From NCBI GenBank assembly GCA_963693365.1, contig CAVNZM010000015.1:5712624-5776623 (forward strand): a stretch of DNA of 64,000 nt, given 5' to 3'. The position numbers were made by a program, and so were the translations under genes. Positions 61,508 through 64,000 of this stretch are shown here, in pieces. A model generated the notes under the pieces. The model made no database searches, was not told where the DNA came from, and saw only the letters and a list, made by a program, of their open reading frames with translations. Source of the stretch: Amoebidium appalachense. Lineage: Eukaryota; Protista; Ichthyosporea. Positions within the stretch are counted from its first letter, which is position 1. Each line of letters starts with the position of its first letter.

Positions 61508-61774
61508 GTTTGCGTTCACGCGCGTGCGCATGAATGTGACAGTGCTTTTCAAGTGTTTGTACATGTGTGTGTGTGCACACGTATGTTTTTGTACAAATGC
61601 CTGTGTGTGCATGTCATGTGTGTGCCAGAGTGTCTGTGGGTGTGCGCTTGCCATGTGCTCGTAAGTGAGCAAGACAGCTCGAGCATGCACCATCACCACC
61701 CTACGTGCCAAGCCCTCAACATACACACCCACATAACTTTCCTTCGTTCACATTCCGGAACACCCCAGATGGTT

Positions 61775-63849
61775 CTATTCGTCGTCAGGGTCATCGTTTG
61801 CTGTCAGGGCCACCAGTTCTCTCTGCGTGAAGTAGCGGGGCAGCAGGGCTGTGCGGATGGGCACAAACAGTGCAACCACCAGTGGAAACAGCAGGCCGGC
61901 ATTGAAGGTGGTGCTGCCCAGGTAGAAGTTGGCCTGCAGGCAGGGGGTTAGATGGGGTGTGTGTGGCCATGCTTAAAGGTGTGTTGTATGGGGTGTATGT
62001 AGCTAGAAAGGGATGTGATGCATAAACCATGCCATGAACGGGTAGTGGTTGTGGTGTACAGGAACCAAAAAGTAATGTCGATCAGGATTATGCTTTAAAG
62101 GGGGTATTGATTAGCGGTGCATTGCATACCCAAAAGTATGTTCGGTGTGGTGCATTGTAGCCACCAAGGGGCACAGGGCGTGTGAGGGAACGGATAGACG
62201 TGAATGGGAGAAGTAGCGGTGTATAGGTCAAATGGGTTGGTGGTGGTGTGCTGTGCGTGTATGCATGTGTGCCAAAACGCTGCCCCGATTATTCCCCTTG
62301 CTCCTTTTCGGCCTCCACCTCATCCGCCCAACCAAAAAAAGCGATTTAAACAAAATTATGACACATTTGCAGGCAAAAACTGCACGCAACAAGCAAGCAA
62401 GCAAACACATGTCAGGGGACCACAAACCTTGACAAACCACAGCACGATCAGCAGCACCAGCTGGATGGCCGTGTACACGTGTACCCATCTGGAAGCTACC
62501 AGACGGAGCACGTGGCTGGGGGGGTACTTCTCTGCCTGGGTTGGGGGGTGAGGGGGGTTAGGGGGTGGGCGGTGGGGGGCAGCCAAACTCACCAAGGTAA
62601 GAGAGCCTCGTTGCACAGAGGGTCCTTTCCAACCCCCCCCCCCCCCCCCCCCCCCCCTCCCCCAAAACACACACACACACACACACCTCCCACCGTCAGC
62701 TGTGTTGATATCATTGCACATGCGTCAAGGCGCACTAACGTGCAGAAAACTAAACCTCTCGTTGAAGGAATCTAGCGTGCAGGTGCATGCCTGTGTGTGG
62801 GCTGAGATTGGGGGCGTGCCCATGTCTGTCCTTTACTCTTGCCTGTGTGTCTATCATGTGAATTGTGTGTGTGTCTGTCTGTGTCAATGTGTGCGTGCAT
62901 GTGTATGTGTGCCTCTCTCTCTCACTCAGTGCCCCCCCCCCCCCCCCCCCCCCCCCCATTTTGTGTGTGTGTGTGCGCGTATCTGTGTGTCTGTGTGTGT
63001 GGTGAGGGGCATGTACCTGTGTGAAGACCAGTAGAAGTCTGTCCCACATGTGGTTGCCCTGCAGGGGGGCCATGCCTATATATAGAAAGAACCCCCAGAG
63101 CACCCCCAGGGGCACCACCCCCAGCACCTTTGCAATGGGCACCGTCAGCCCTATGAGGATGTGAGTTACAAGCCCAGTCCAGCGCGTCTCACGTGATCGA
63201 ACCACTCGGGTGTAGCTGGGGGGGGGATGAGTGTGAGTGTGGTGGCTAGGTGGGTTGCAAGCAGGGGGAGAGGGCAGGGAGGGCTTGTGGCCTCACCCTG
63301 TAACAGCGAGCAATAAACAGATGCTGGAGCAAACAGAATGGAGAAAATAAAGTTTCGGAGAGGGAGGGGGGGGGAGGGGGGGGGGGGGGGGGGGTGCGTG
63401 TGTGTGTACGTGTGTGCGTGTGTGGGGAGGGGGGGCAGGGAAGGGGGGGGGGGGGGGGGGGGTGCTGCTAATAGTTCAAAGTGCCTGTCGTTTGCATGTG
63501 TGCCAATGTGTGCATGTGTGCCATTGTACACGTGCATGCATGCTATGCGTAAGTGCACGTGCATGCATGCCATGTGTAAGTGCACGTGCATGCATGCTAT
63601 GCCTAAGTGCACGTGCATGCATGCTATGCGTAAGTGCACGTGCATGCATGCTATGCCTAAGTGCACGTATGCACCACCACCTAGGGACACCTACACCCTT
63701 CCATGCACGTGCACATCGACCCTGTCTGCCAGCTGCAACACATGCATTGGGCTCTGCGGCAGTGCACCGTGGGCAAAGGGCAGGCCCAGCAGGGAGCAGG
63801 GCAGAAGGAGAAGGGCTACCACAAAGAGGTCCAGATCATAGCCAGTGCC
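61775..63849 (-). CDS. SLC4A11/BOR1-like bicarbonate/borate anion transporter, 3' part only (5' lies beyond window end)
   Basis: Minus-strand exons encode GYDLDLFVVALLLLPCSLLGLPFAHGALPQSPMHV../..VRETRWTGLVTHILIG..VPLGVLWGFFLYIGMAPLQGNHMWDRLLLVFTQ/AEKYPPSHVLRLV..VHVYTAIQL../..AGLLFPLVVALFVPIRTALLPRYFTQRELVALT..* (TAG 61775-61777), which are SLC4 C-terminal transmembrane motifs. Confidence 0.9.
63530..63668. repeat. 27-bp intronic tandem repeat
   Basis: CGTGCATGCATGCTATGCGTAAGTGCA, ~5 copies in an SLC4 intron. Confidence 0.9.
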
Positions 63850-64000
63850 TAGGGGAAAAAACAATGGACCATATGGTCAGTCGCATAAAAGATTTTGCCA
63901 CATTCCATCCCCCCCCCCCCCCCCCCCCTGGACACACACACACACACAAACACAAATTTGCCTCTCCCTTCATCACCACTCCGTCGACAGATCACTACCG

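Overview
This is eukaryotic, very intron-dense DNA, saturated with (CA)n/(GT)n/(CT)n microsatellites and poly-C/G tracts. Most ORFs in the supplied track are therefore low-complexity artefacts, and I stitched the real genes by hand from GT-AG exons. Seven spliced protein-coding genes are supported. In order they are a Rif1-like HEAT protein (minus, partial) head-to-head with RAD54; a secreted Agd3/CE18-like polysaccharide deacetylase with a GPI-type tail; a secreted GH114 (Ega3-like) endo-alpha-1,4-galactosaminidase; a Cbf1/USF/MiT-type bHLH-ZIP factor; a PARP6/8-like mono-ADP-ribosyltransferase fused to a UBE2Q-like E2; and an SLC4A11/BOR1-like anion transporter (minus, partial). Intergenic DNA holds a Tourist-like MITE, a long-TIR element, two Helitron-like remnants, a ~500 bp dispersed duplication and many minisatellites. 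The mix of animal-like and fungal-like genes suggests a unicellular opisthokont such as an ichthyosporean, but this is inference only. The best candidate for an undescribed system is the adjacent, co-oriented Agd3-like + GH114 pair, two extracellular enzymes of the fungal galactosaminogalactan (GAG) pathway. Other leads are the PARP-E2 fusion and an unusual splice-site architecture. Exon coordinates were read by eye and may be off by a few bases.
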